From contig NC_135664.1 of the NCBI RefSeq assembly GCF_964188315.1, forward strand, positions 24,986,001 through 25,050,000: a stretch of DNA of 64,000 nt, written 5' to 3'. Under the pieces are notes generated by a model. It did not search any database. It was not told the origin of the DNA and was given only the letters and a program-made list of their open reading frames with translations. The stretch's first letter is position 1, and each line of letters starts with the position of its first letter. Shown here one piece after another: positions 49,735-62,664 of the stretch. This DNA is from Podarcis muralis. Its lineage: Eukaryota. Position numbers and translations under genes: made by a program.

Positions 49735-50073
49735 ATACCCTCCAACATTTCTCCGATAAAAATAGGGACATCCCATTCCATTATTAACTATTATTATTAT
49801 ACCATGTCCATCTGACTAGGTTGCCCCACACACTCTGGGCAGCTTTCAACATATATAAAAACATAATAAAACATTAAACATTAAAAAAACTTCCCTATAC
49901 AGGGCTGTCTACAGATGGCTCCGGGGTCGAAAACTCCATACCCTCCAACATTTATCCAATGAAAATAGGGACGTCCTAAAAAAAGTGGGACATTCCGGGA
50001 TCAAATCAGAAATTGGGATGGCTTCTCTAAATCAGGGACTGTCCCTGGAAAATAGGGACACTTGGAGGATCTG
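49735..50073. mobile_element. hAT-like non-autonomous element with duplicated left end and an embedded L2 3' fragment (about 49787-49915)
   Basis: cataccctccaacattt occurs at about 49735 and 49937; right end ttggaggatctg is the inverted partner. Confidence 0.6.
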
Positions 50074-50232
50074 CTTTAAAGAAGTAAGTCCTACTGAGCT
50101 TTCTGGAACTGTTACCTGTTGAGGATCAACTTCATTATTACTGAAAGAGGAAACCTGGGAATTAAATTAAATCCTCATTTTTTGTGCAGTTCATTTCCTG
50201 CTTCGGGATGGTCACATGCAAGACCACCTTAC

Positions 50233-50315
50233 CAGCCTTTGTTGCTGAAGTTTCTCCCTCAGTGTTCTGTCTTCAGGCAAAGCATCACATAAAAGGAAGT
50301 AATTGTCTTGTTCCT
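50233..50315 (-). CDS. ZNF277: ZNF277 exon 4 (83 nt): EEQDNYFLLCDALPEDRTLREKLQQQRL
   Basis: Hand translation; acceptor ttttaacag, donor GTAAGG. Not in the ORF track. Confidence 0.96.
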
Positions 50316-51193
50316 CTGTTAAAAGATTACAGATCAAATGTCAGGAGAACACTTAGGTCGATACATTAAGCTTTTTTATGTAATACAGGTTTGAGCTATA
50401 TTAAGTCATTGAGAGAGGGAGAAAGATGCAAGTGGTAATTCTATCCATTTAAGACAAATGTTCTTTCTAAGGGATCTGTTCAGAAATTTCCTAGTCATGT
50501 TGGCAGTTGTGCTTCAGCCAGAAGCAAATCCATGAATATAGAGAAGTCCACCAGGGTATGCCGGTAGATTTTACTGGACAAGGAAATCAGCCCCAGGTCT
50601 CGTGTCTGGCTGCATTCAAATGCCACAATAAACCATGGTGTAATAAACACCCCTCCCAATTGCTACTCCATGAAGAAATCTGAAGGTTTCCATTTCATTT
50701 TTATTAGCCACAGTTTAGCACTACTTTCAATCCTTACCTGTGATAAATATTAGCTATAGTTTGTTGAAACAAGCCAGCTTCAGAACCCATGGTTTACTGT
50801 AACATCCAAATGCAGTCTCTGCATATTTCATACATTAAGGGAATAACTGTACATCAATGCTTCACACTGCCTTGTATGGAAAGCATTCTCCGAAAGAAAA
50901 AAGAAAAAATCTGCATTCTGACTTTGTACTCAGAACTGGCTGAACTGGTCTTCTCACCCCAATCTTCCAGGCAGACAGGTTAAGGAACCAGCATCAGTTT
51001 AAAATGCCTGAAGCCCTTGTTATGCCTCTTTTTCTTTAGACACTCCATTTCCTAAAGCTGAACTGTATTCTACAACTGCCAAGATTTTTCTCTCCTTTTT
51101 AAAAAAAATGAATACCTGATGCTAGGCCAGAAGCAGGGTGCCGAACTGATTGTGTCTCATAGCAGTTATTTAGAGGTTTATAATTTTATTTGA

Positions 51194-51543
51194 GGGACGC
51201 GGGTGGCGCTGTGGGTAAAAGCCTCAGCGCCTAGGGCTTGCCGATCGAAAGGTCGGCGGTTCGAATCCCCGCGGCGGGGTGCGCTCCCGTTGCTCGGTCC
51301 CAGCGCCTGCCAACCTAGCAGTTCAAAAGCACCCCAGGGTGCAAGTAGATAAATAGGGACCGCTTACAAAGCGGGAAGGTAAACGGCGTTTCCGTGTGCT
51401 GCGCTGGCTCGCCAGATGCAGCTTTGTCACGCTGGCCACGTGACTCGGAAGTGTCTCCGGACAGCGCTGGCCCCCGGCCTCTTAAGTGAGATGGGCGCAC
51501 AACCCTAGAGTCTGTCAAGACTGGCCCGTATGGGCAGGGGTAC
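51194..51543 (+). mobile_element. Sauria SINE, CpG-rich subfamily
   Basis: 13-bp TSD taattttatttga (51181-51193, 51544-51556). Confidence 0.92.
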
Positions 51544-51976
51544 TAATTTTATTTGACAGTCACAGCTACGATAGCCACCCTTATAAACCTCTAATCAGTG
51601 AAATGGAGCACTTCAGAAATATTATAACTAGTATATCTATAATATTAAGGCAGAGGGCTCCTTCCCTAACATTCGATCATAATCATCCTTCGTTTGGCCC
51701 CCAAGTATAGATGATGATGATGATGCATGCAAGATGTACAAAAATCAACACAGGCATTGCCCACAAGCTTATAGTCCAAGATATAATGCTAGACACTCAC
51801 TCTTTGTATTTTAAAGTGAATCAAATAATCTGTTGAACTCAAGCCCACAAACAAGAGTGCTTCAGCATCTGATACAGTTCTACAAAAAGTGTCCCAACAA
51901 AATTGGTGGTCCAATGGCAGATTGTGGGGAATTTTGCAAACCAGGCCTGTGCAGGCTACATTAACAACACACTCAC

Positions 51977-52065
51977 CTAAAGCTGCTTCAGAATTTGTTC
52001 TTATCACACAACAGAAGTCTGTAATGGGCTGCTCCAAGAATCTTTTCTTCCAGTACAATGCATAT
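51977..52065 (-). CDS. ZNF277: ZNF277 exon 3 (89 nt): YALYWKKRFLEQPITDFCCVIRTNSEAAL
   Basis: Matches recalled YILYWRKRFTEQPITDFCSVIR. Acceptor tttaaag, donor GTGAGT, phase consistent. Confidence 0.96.
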
Positions 52066-55000
52066 CTTTAAAAAAAAAAAGGGGGGGGGGGAGCAAAAAT
52101 GCAGGCAGCTATGTTACAAAACATTTCCCAAACTGTTGTTCGTTTCATTACACTCTTAATATGCAATTCTTGTTGCAGCATTTGGATACCGAGCCACTCA
52201 TTGCTACCAGTCTTTTGTAGAGGTCATTTTTCAAATAAGGCGACATTTCTATTTAGCCAGAACAATCTTCCCAGTACAGATAAGTTGGAAATTGGAAATC
52301 CATTACCAGGTAATTTCAAATGTTCAGCTTGTATGAAGAAACCAGACACAATGACTAGTGTTTGATTTTTAAAAAAACGAAAAACATGGCAAGCTTACGG
52401 TGCTGAATAAGCTAACTTTTTATACTGATTTTATTTGCCCTAGATTCTTTTCGTCTTATTACTTGGCTTTAAAACTTGATACTTACCAAAACATAAATGG
52501 GTGCTTTGTGCGTGCTTGGTCACAAATCTCTAGAAAAATGTATAGTGCATGAATACTGAGACCTGCTTAGTAGTTTAATTATCCAACTTGACAGTAAAAT
52601 ACATTATTCCATCCAAGCAAATATCAAGAAGCTCAGTTAGAGCCAGCTCTGTGCCCTAGTACCATATGGCATTCCCATGAAAGAAGGAAACTTCTGGATT
52701 TGAAAACACTAGAGCCATAATTTGGCAAGAAAAACAAACTGTCCTCGTAGGATGGGATGAAATGCAACATAGGCATAGAAAGCTGACAGAGAACTTGAAC
52801 ACAGCAGTGCCAATAGTCCTACATATTGACTATGTATACCGGTACTTTTTAAGAAGCAAATTGCCGCTTCTTAGTATCACATTTCCTGGTTTCTGGCATT
52901 GGCTTTCAAGTCTCTGTTACACCCTAACAAAAGTTATTGCTTTCAGCTGTTTTCCTTGCTCATCAATCAAGCAGCTTAATGAACCAAAAGTGTGTGCCTT
53001 CAGTTCAATAGTGGACACAGATGTTGAGGGAAGGGTCTAGAGGAGTGGAAGGTAGGGACCGGATCTCAAACAGTTGCTGCCTTCAATTATTTCCAGGTGC
53101 AATACAGACACTAATGTTTGCAGGCATAAAAATGTCCATGGAAATAGTTCACTTTACATGATGTAAAGTTGTGAGCATTGATCTGCACGTCCGAGGTTCT
53201 CTCAGGAGCCAGAAATTGAACAAGAGCTGTCTGGTTCTGCTGGGTAATCACTAAAGACAAAAGTGGCATGGAGATTTCCCTCTGAGCTGACGCTGTGTTG
53301 CTGAGAATCCATCTGAGAAGCTTCACAAATCCCTTTGCCTCAACTGGTGATGCAGTGAGGCTGTGCTGGTCCTCAAACACCACCGAGGCATTTGGGATTG
53401 CAGCTGTGTACTCGCAGAGGTGGTGGGGTAAAGCAAATGATCTTTTCTTTGCTCACTTGCTAGCCAGATCCCAGCTTGTTCAGCAAACCATGGCTATAAC
53501 AAACCATGGCTTAGTGTTGCATCCAAACTACCAATTTCATCTGTGGAGAACCTTTTGCAGCTCTGGACTGGACCCTGGATTCTCCACCCATGGGGGACCA
53601 TTTTGACAGGTGGGACACATTTTTTTCTCTGTGGTTTGTAGTGTGGTTTGAATTCATGTCACACTGCAAATGAAGGTCCTAGCACTGCTTGAAGTCCATG
53701 CGGACCAGTGCCAACTTTAAACCCTATTTTCATCCAATGGAAACTTTGTAGTGCAGCCAAACCCAGCAGGCTTGAAGTCGCCACTGACAAGCAGTGACAG
53801 CAAGCCTCACTTGAGAGTCTTCAAGGCCATTCCTGCTTTGCTCACTGGCTGCTGCACCTCTACCCAATGTTGTAAGTGGTCTTGGGGGAATTTGGGACCT
53901 GTGCCAGACCTAGTTAGGATCCCAGAGCCCAGAGGCTCCCTAACCTGACCTATGTGCTTGTTCATGACGCCCAGGTATACCTCTCCACTTCAGAGTTCTC
54001 TCCTTCCATCCAATCCTGCATGTCTTTACCTGCTTGTCTGATACTGTTGTCATCACCATCTCAGACTCAACATGTCCAAGATGAAGCTGCTTCTCTCCCC
54101 ACCCCAGCCTTCCCTTTTGATCCTCCCCAGATCTGCCAACAGCATCACCACTCAGACTGACTCCACTTTATCATCAATTCTTCTCTCATTTGTTTGCCAC
54201 ATTCAATCAGTTGCCTTATATATGCAGTACTGAAATGTAATGAACCAGGCCATGGCAACTCACCTGGATGTTGATATGTGGACAGCATTTATTTATAGAT
54301 CACCTTTCCTGAGTGACCATTCTTTAGTCTCTTGGAAAAATGAAACCATTGAGTCTGACATGGGGACAGATGATCACTGGGTTCCACTCACAAGTAACCT
54401 ATGCAACTGTGAGCTTATGCATTTCAGTCTTCTTTGAACCATTTACAGTGGAAAAATTGATCCCATTCATTTTTGGTGCACATCAGTCGTCTCAAATCTG
54501 GCGTATTGACACATGCATGGTAAAAACTGAGTGCAGAAAAGGTCCTGATCTTTGCCATCTGAAGCCAGACGCACATAGCAGCTTTGCAGATACCAAAGTG
54601 GAAAGCAGAGAGCAACAAAAAGAACATATGTACAGACTGGAATGCACGCTATGTGAAATTGCTAAGCAACAGCATTTAGTGTTTTGAATAAGGCTTGTCA
54701 ATTAGAGAAAACATGTGCACCTTGAAAAGCACATATTGATGAGGGGCAGGTAGATTGGTTTATTTAACATAGGCTGTAGATCAGGAATGGGCAACCTGTG
54801 GCCCCAGTCAGCACTGGTATAGGAACTTCTAGAACTTTAGTAGTTAGAATATGTAATTAGCACTGAGGCCAATGTATTCCTAGAAGGGCGTGGTCATCAC
54901 ATGTCAACTGCAACATGTAATACTTTTTAAGGGAAGGAAGTTCAACTGAGTTATCAGGATCTAGAGTTTACCATGGAAAGACAATGAAAAGGACATTTCA

Positions 55001-55842
55001 GGAGCGGATTTGCCATGCCTTTCTCTCTACCTGTCCATTTTATTGCATGGGTTTCCTCTTCCATAAAGAAAGTGATCTACACTTGTATGAATCAGTTCAT
55101 AGAGACGGATAGACAAGTTTTGACAGGCTTACAAGAAATAGCAACTAATCTGGAGAACTTAATATAAAGGCCTGAGCTCCAAAACAAAAAAAGGAAGCAG
55201 TTTGGTCAATGCAAAGATCTGCCTCCCTTTAGGTTCTCAACTCTCGTTCCAGCTCCCAAAAGGCTGATGCATCTGTTTTTGTGCTATGATCAGGGCTACT
55301 TTTGCAGAATGATTTACTCCCCATTTTTGAAGTTTGGGATTCCTTTGTGCACACACATTCACGTTCCAGCCTTGTTTCTACAGCCCCTGGGTCCAGCTCT
55401 TTCATCCAAGGCTCAGTTTCTTACATTAATGTCTAGCAAAATTGCCTTTTATTTATATACAAAAATGTATCTATCCTGCTGCATCATAAAACATTGATTA
55501 AATGATTATTTAATTTTTATACTGCTTAATATATTAAACATGTATCTAAATGGTGTACAAAAAACAGAAGCAACAACAGACAACTTAAACAAAATATTAC
55601 AAAAACACAGTTGCATTAATACAAAGTTACTAATATATATAAATCAATATCAATTCATTTTCCTTCAGACACACATACCCTTTCAGCCTCCCTTTCACTG
55701 TTTTTTGGGATCTGCCTGTTTTCTTTTGCATAATTGGGAACGTTATCCTATGTTTTGGTTGTCTCAGTATATACCAGTTCTAGTTTCTTGAACATTTTCT
55801 GTCCTAGGTTGCTTTATCAAATTTTAAGCAAGAACTACATAC

Positions 55843-56044
55843 CTCCGAAAATCTGCTACTAGCCTGACATCTGCAATGACAAGCTTGTGCTCTATAATCA
55901 TGTGCTTCAGAAGTTGGTTTTGTTCTGATACAGGAGAATATTCTTCACAGAATATACAAGGCACAGATGGAGAACCTTCTACAGCAGAAATGCCACCTGG
56001 ACTTTCTGGCAGAGAAAGTGGCTCCAAAATGTAGTCTTCGTGGT
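55843..56044 (-). CDS. ZNF277: ZNF277 coding exon 2 (202 nt): DHEDYILEPLSLPESPGG...CIFCEE...HMIIEH...ADFRR
   Basis: Translation closely matches recalled ZNF277 N-terminal C2H2 region. Acceptor tctctttag (plus ct 56045-56046), donor GTATGT. Confidence 0.96.
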
Positions 56045-57092
56045 CTAAAGAGAAATAATAATAAAAAATTACAAAGATATTATATTAGTCTAGCTCGTTG
56101 TCAAAAGCAGTATTTTTTTTTTTAAGTCAGCAAACAGACTTGTGTGCACTCTATAGAATGGAATGAAAAAGAATGGAAAGGTGTTTCTTTATTAAATTTC
56201 TATCCTGCCCTTGCTCCCAAACGAGCCAAGGGTGGCAATGAACTTCCTGTATGGCTGGTTTTGCATCAAAGACTTCTTACATATTACTTTCTTACAGTGT
56301 TGGGTGCAGAGCTGGGGAGAGAAACCATGTCTGGCAAGCTTGGAGTTTGTAATAAATGTGACATCAGCCCAGGCTGGTATGTAGACCTCATACAGGTAAA
56401 ATTCCCAGTTCACTTCAATGGAGGTCAAATACAGACCCACAGGGCATACCTAACTGTGTCTACTCAGAAGTAAGTCCTACTAAATTCCATGGGGCTTACT
56501 CCAACATAAATGGGGTTAAGCTTGTAGCCTTACTGCAAAGTGCACACAACTATCTGAAAAGCCAGTCTTCTGCAACATCCTAGTGGCAAGAATCATTTCA
56601 CAGGAAAAACTTACGGTCTGCTTACCCAATGATTTAATGCTAAACCTTTGGCTACAAGTCAAATGTAAAATAAGTTCTACATGGACAGTTTCCGCTGCTC
56701 CTGTTAGGAACAGCCAGATCAGGTGTTGCATCTCTAATGTCCCCAAAGATTAACGAGCAAATTTCAAGATAGGATTTGGCCACATACAGCAAAAATACTT
56801 CCCCTTTGCAAATGAGAGGCTGCATTCTTGCAAAAGCGCATGTCCTTTTATATTGGTTACTGACACCTCACAGAGCACTACAGAAGGGTCACAGCTTAGT
56901 AGCAGAGCTCATGCGACACATTACAAATTCAATCTGTGGCAGGGGTTGACAACCTGTTTGGACTAGAGGGCACATCTCATATTTTGCGAGTGGGCTGGAG
57001 GCATCAGTCACCAAATGGCTGCCATGGAAAGGGCATGGCATAACACAAAATTAGAGCAACAACCATTTCTGACAACCATGGGAAGCCAACTA

Positions 57093-57350
57093 CCGTATTT
57101 TTCGCTCTATAAGACGCACCAGACCACAAGACGCACCTAGTTTTGGGAGGAGGAAAACAAGAAAAAAACCCTCTGAATCTCAGAAGCCAGAACAGCAAGA
57201 GGGATCGCTGCGCAGTGAAAGCAGCAATCCCTCTTGCTGTTCTAGCTTCTGGGATAGCTGCGCAGCCTGCATTCACTCCATAAGACGCACACACATTTCC
57301 CTTTACTTTTTAGGAGGGAAAAAGTGAGTCTTATAGAGCAAAAAATACAG
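57093..57350. mobile_element. Tc1/mariner MITE with central hairpin
   Basis: ta|ccgtatttttcgctctataagac...gtcttatagagcaaaaaatacag|ta. Confidence 0.85.
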
Positions 57351-58248
57351 TATATCCTGCTGGCCCTGGCTATGGAGATCACACATATGTGCATGCACAC
57401 TGGTGCTTCTACTGCCTAATAGCAAGGGAGCATTTCAGAAAATATATACAAGGCAGCCACACTGTTCTCATTTCACAGAAATCCCTTAGGTACCTGCACA
57501 TTTTGCTCCATAACCTTCTTTCTAGGAGAGCTAGAGGCTTGATTTTCCCCCCCAAATGGCACGTCAGAGTCGGGTGCACCTGCCTAGCAGTCCCACTGGA
57601 TCAGGGCGACCCCTGATCCTCTATGGAATGTCCAGATAGGGGTGAAAAATAATCCTGCCTAAACTTCCCAAAAGCCACTCTCAGAGACTGTAGACAATGC
57701 TGAGCTATTTGAACCAAAAGTATGAGTTTGTATGAGACAACTCTTTATGTTCCACTTTGCCCTGGGATCCCAAAGCCAAATGACCAATGGGAGAATGGGG
57801 AAAGGGAGGATATATATGCATCTTGCAGCACAGATTGCCGACCTGAAGCTCTTAGCCCAGTTTCTTGAGGCTCTTGGTCGGAGTTCATGTGGGTTACAAG
57901 CAGGAGTAAAAGCAAAATGCAGAAAGAGAGGAAGGAATGGCATCAAGGGAGTGTCCCTATTTACCTTTCACTCTGGAATGAGGCCTCCAACCAATTACGG
58001 TTTCCCCCCCCTGCCACCCTGAAATGCAGCCCTCAACGGGAAAAGGGTCACACACTCCAGTGTTACAAGGAAATGTGCATACCTGTAGATAAGGATAGAA
58101 TAGGCTGCTTCTTCCTGACATAACTTGGAAGGTATACTTCCTGCATACTTGTCTCACTAGCATAACCTATGAACAGCAGTCTGGAAGAAGGAAAGTTACT
58201 TGCAGTTCAAGCCTAACCATGTTCACTCAGAAGCAAGTCCTGCTGAAT

Positions 58249-58254
<6 letters not shown>

Positions 58255-58303
<49 letters not shown>

Positions 58304-59157
58304 TAATAATAATAATAATAATTTATTATTTGTACCCCGCCCATCTGGCTGGGTTTCCCCAGCCACTCTGGGCGGCTTCCATAGAAACCAAAAATACACT
58401 AAAATCACACATTAAAAACTTCCCTGAAGAGGGCTGCCTTAAGATGTCTTCTGAATGTCAGGTAGTTGTTTATCGCTTTGACATCTGATGGGAGGGCGTT
58501 CCACAGGGTGGGCGCCACTACCAAGAAGGCCCTCTGCCTGGTTCCCTGTCGCTTTGCTTTTCGCAATTAGGGAACCGCCAGAAGGCCCTCGGCGCTGGAT
58601 CTCAGCGTCTGGGCAGAACGATGGGGGTGGAGATGCTCCTTCAGGTATACTGGGCCGAGGCCGTTTAGGGCTTTAAAGGTCAACACCATCACTTTGAATT
58701 GTGCTCGGAAACGTACTGGGAGCCAATGTAGGTCTTTCAAGACCGGTGTTATGTGGTCTCGGCGGCCGCCCCCGGTCACCAGTCTAGCTGCCGCATTCTG
58801 GATTAGTTGTAGTTTCCGGGTCACCTTCAAAGGTAGCCCCACGTAGAGCGCATTGCAGTAGTCCAAGCGGGAGATAACTAGAGCATGCACCACTCTGGCG
58901 AGACAGTCTGCGGGCAGGTAGGGTCTCAGCCTGCGTACCAGGTGGAGTTGGTAGACAGCTGCCCTGGATACAGAATTGACCTGTGCCTCCATGGACAGCT
59001 GTGAGTACAAAATGACTCCCAGGCTGCGCACCTGGTCTTTCAGGGGCACAGTTACCCCATTCAGGACCAGGGAGTCCTCCACACCAGCCCGCCTCCTGTG
59101 CCCCCAAAACAGTACTTCTGTCTTGTCAGGATTCAACCTCAATCCATTAGCCGCCAT
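58255..59157 (-). mobile_element. L2 LINE, 5'-truncated, with long (AAT)n tail
   Basis: ORF 58567-59157 (LRLNPDKTE...VRSLGVIL...[17 protein letters not shown]) is L2 RT C-terminus ended by a premature TAA; 15-bp TSD ctgctgaatttaata (58240-58254, 59158-59172). Confidence 0.93.
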
Positions 59158-62063
59158 CTGCTGAATTTAATAGAACTTATTCCCAGGTAAGTGGTTAGGA
59201 TTAGCTGATGATAAAATTGACAAGAGCATTGTTGAAGAACTCTCTTCAGTCTCAACGAGGCAAGAGACACTATACCTACAATCATCAATGATATTGGAAT
59301 TTGTAGACTTAGTGTCTGCATGATAACATTTATGGCACAAGTCTTTAAGAGCAGGGCATATAGATATGGACATTGATGGGTCTGTCAGCTCATTGTGCAG
59401 AAATACAACTGTACCCAAAGAAAATAAGAACATCTGCTGGAATGTTAAGTGTCTTTCTAATTAAATTCAGCAGTTGAATGAATCAATTCATTAGCAACAA
59501 GCCTGGTTTATTATCTCATTAATACAGCTGGCTAATACGAGGAGATTAGTTGAAAACTTGACAACAATCCCAAAACAAGAAGGGATGCAGCAACAACAAA
59601 AACATACAGCCAAGAAAACAAGGTAGAACAATGAGATGGGGTTTTCAAACAAAATAAAAATCCTAAAATAATACTTAAAAAGAAAATAGAACAGTATGCC
59701 TGCTACATAAAGTTTTAACTAGAGAGGAGTTACATAATATTTATCTTGTGATCTTTGCTGCTTAGAATACTATGCACTAGATATAAAATTGCATGACATG
59801 CAGCCACAAGCCTTAAACAAGATATGCAATATTAGCAATTCAGTCTAGGGCCTGGTGGTATCATTATATTCTGAGATATCACCCTAAGAAGTTGCAGGAC
59901 AATGCTTTTAGGCACAACTTTGAATTAGGGTTGCCATCATGAAGTCAGAGTACCTTGTAAATCATTTTCTCTAGTCCAAAGGCTTCATAGAACATGAAAA
60001 AGAACAGGTACAATTACAGCACTTCTAAGCTATCCTATAACTGTGCCTGTTTATTGTATTTTTGCAATATAGTGGGCATTACTGGACAGGTTGGGACCAA
60101 TTAATTTGTGCCAAGGTAGCATGAAATGTCTAAACAGCCATCTGCTGGTCTACATATTGGGGTAAACCAATATGTGATGTGGCTGCCCCTGCCCTGGCTC
60201 TGGGTCCATCTGAACTCTGCATTTTGGACGCATCTAAGTAACACTATGCACTGAGTCCAATACAAGGATGTTCGATAGTCTTTACCCACTGAAAGTGAAG
60301 GAGGAAAATTTATGTATTTCAGACTTACACATGTTATATTCTACAGGCATTGACATCTGACATTATGAACAGCTCCACCTAATGTGGGCACAGCTCTTAA
60401 AAGCAATTAGAAGATCCTAATTCCTACAATCAAACTGTTCAGCACCTGGGCAATAGGGCTAGGACATAAATAAATCTCACATTTTTTGTGCAGTGTCATG
60501 AACTTGGATTTCCTAAGTATGAAAATAGTCTCCTATATCTAAGCTGAGTGAATTTTTAAAAGACCAGCATAATAGATACAACCAGCTTTCTGACTAAAAG
60601 ATGAGCGAAAGCTTATCAGTTGAGTAAAATTCATGAACGTTTTGTGAAATGCCTTAGATCTTCCTAATAAACTGAATTAGCATTTTGTTCAAGTTCATGG
60701 GAGTCATTTGTCTGTTACTTCACTCATTAACATGCTATTACTGCTACATGGGAATTAGCCAGAGCAGCCATGTGCTCCAAGACAGCACATCTCACAGATC
60801 AATCAGCCTCAGTATTCAGCAGTGATCTACTGAATGCAAATTTAATACTTCAAAAAGGCAACTCCGTCCTGCAGCTAAACTGGGTCAATTTTACATGAGC
60901 CATGTATCGATCTTCTCAGACATCTGCTGCTACCCAAATACAAGGCTTCACTGCATAAATGCATCCAACAGTGTAGGTTTCAGAAGAGCAGAAAGTTACC
61001 AAAATCTTGTAATCCAAGTTTGCTTCAAACAGGTACTGCAGGAATCCAAGCCTGACAGAAATGCAACTGTATTTAACTGCAACATTGAACAGTTTTGTTC
61101 AGCACGGAAGTTTTTAGATGCTGCAGTTTCATTAGCATTAACAAGTGTTGCTATGGGTACCAGAGTGGAGGCGTCGGAATATAAGTGAATGGAAGAAATA
61201 GGAAACAGATGAACAAAAATCTTCAACAGTTGGAGGGAAACAGCCCAAATTAGGCCAGGCTTTAAAAAAGAAGACATCTTTCCTTCTCGTATTAGTTAGT
61301 GAGTCCATGTCACCATAAAGGTCCTTTCTCAAAGAACAATGGAGTAATATACCACTCCATATAAGATATACTTGCACACATGTAGATCATTCTGGTAGAT
61401 CTTGAAAACAAGAACATTTGTTTTAAAAAGAATAACTTTCCCAGCAATGGTGCACAGAATGCTATATTTGTTTTAGAAATGTTATTGATTTTATCTGTTT
61501 TAATCTGTGTTTTAATGATGATGGTTTTATGTATAATTGTTTTCTAATTGACTTTTAGTTGTATTTTATCTTTAGTCTTATTTGTATACTGCTGGGAGAG
61601 CTCTATGATCAAGCAAATTATAAATCATTTAAAATAAATATGAACATCATGGGGATAGCATATTATTCCCCGTGCGAACACCCAAAATTCATTGCCCTGC
61701 AGAAAAATATTGTCTGTCTCACTACAGGGAGAATGGACTAGTCCTGTTTTGTCATTAATATCTTCTTCAGCTACATCCTGTTATTAGAAATCTTTCAGTA
61801 CATGGACTGCAGATGGATTAGAGAGAGTTGTGTCTCAGTTCGCTGGAGGCAGCAGGTTCAGAAATATATCAAGAGTTGTCACAGAGAAAGAGAAAATACC
61901 AACAGCCACTGGATAAAACTGGTTTCAAGACCCTGTCCCACGTCATGGTCTCTCAGTTTTCCCCTCAACAAGGCACTGTCTCAGCTTTAGAACACCAGAT
62001 GTGAAACGCAAAGAGCTAACAAAATAAAAACCAGAGCATACTTTCTAATATAACTGATAAATA

Positions 62064-62232
62064 TAGTCGTACCTTGGATCTCAAACACCGGAAGTGAGTG
62101 TTCCAGTTTGCAAACATTCTTTGGAACCCGAACGTCCTGCAGCCAGCCGGAAGCTACGCCTTGGTTTCTGAATGTTTTGGAAATCGAACGGACTTCTGGA
62201 ACAGATTCTGTTCGACTTCCGAGGTACCACTG
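62064..62232. mobile_element. Tc1/mariner MITE family D (degenerate)
   Basis: agtcgtaccttgga...ccgaggtaccactg ends resemble families A-C. Confidence 0.65.
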
Positions 62233-62435
62233 TGCTGAGGTACAACACATTCCTCCCACGTATATTCCAGGGTTGTTGTTTTTAATTATAAAAGGAAAAT
62301 GCCTACTTCCGATTCCAACGTACGCACCTCAAGCCATGGGTTGTGAAAGTTTTGAAATAAAGGAATACAGCAACTGCCTTATACAACCGGAAGCTAGTTT
62401 AGTATTGTCCACACTGCCCGGCAGTAGTTCTCCAG

Positions 62436-62664
62436 GAGGAGGAGGAGGAGAGGAGTTTGGATTTGATATCCCGCTTTATCGCTACCTGAAGGAGTCTCAA
62501 AGCGGCTAACATTTTCCTTTCCCTTCCTCCCCCACAACAAACACTCTGTGAGGTGAGTGAGGCTGAGAGACTTCAGAGAAGTGTGACTGGCCCAAGGTCA
62601 CCCAGCAGCTGCATGTGGAGGAGCGGAGACGCAAACCCAGTTCACCAGATTACGAGTCTACCAC
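62436..62664 (-). mobile_element. Squam3-like SINE abutting another SINE fragment
   Basis: Same body as the 36563 and 49420 copies. Confidence 0.8.

Noticed and set aside
20423-58320. Low-complexity ORF content (SLSL, LGLG, poly-N, poly-I, poly-L)
   Set aside because: These are translations of (CT)n, (TTAGGG)n, (GA)n and (AAT)n repeats, not proteins.
59167-59433. Cys-rich ORF/exon as a nested gene in ZNF277 intron 1
   Set aside because: No recognisable family; part of it overlaps the small palindromic repeat; no partner exons found. A tblastx or RNA-seq hit would reopen it.
60895-61377. Overlapping 80-97 aa ORFs on both strands
   Set aside because: No recognisable motif; lengths are within chance expectation for 64 kb.
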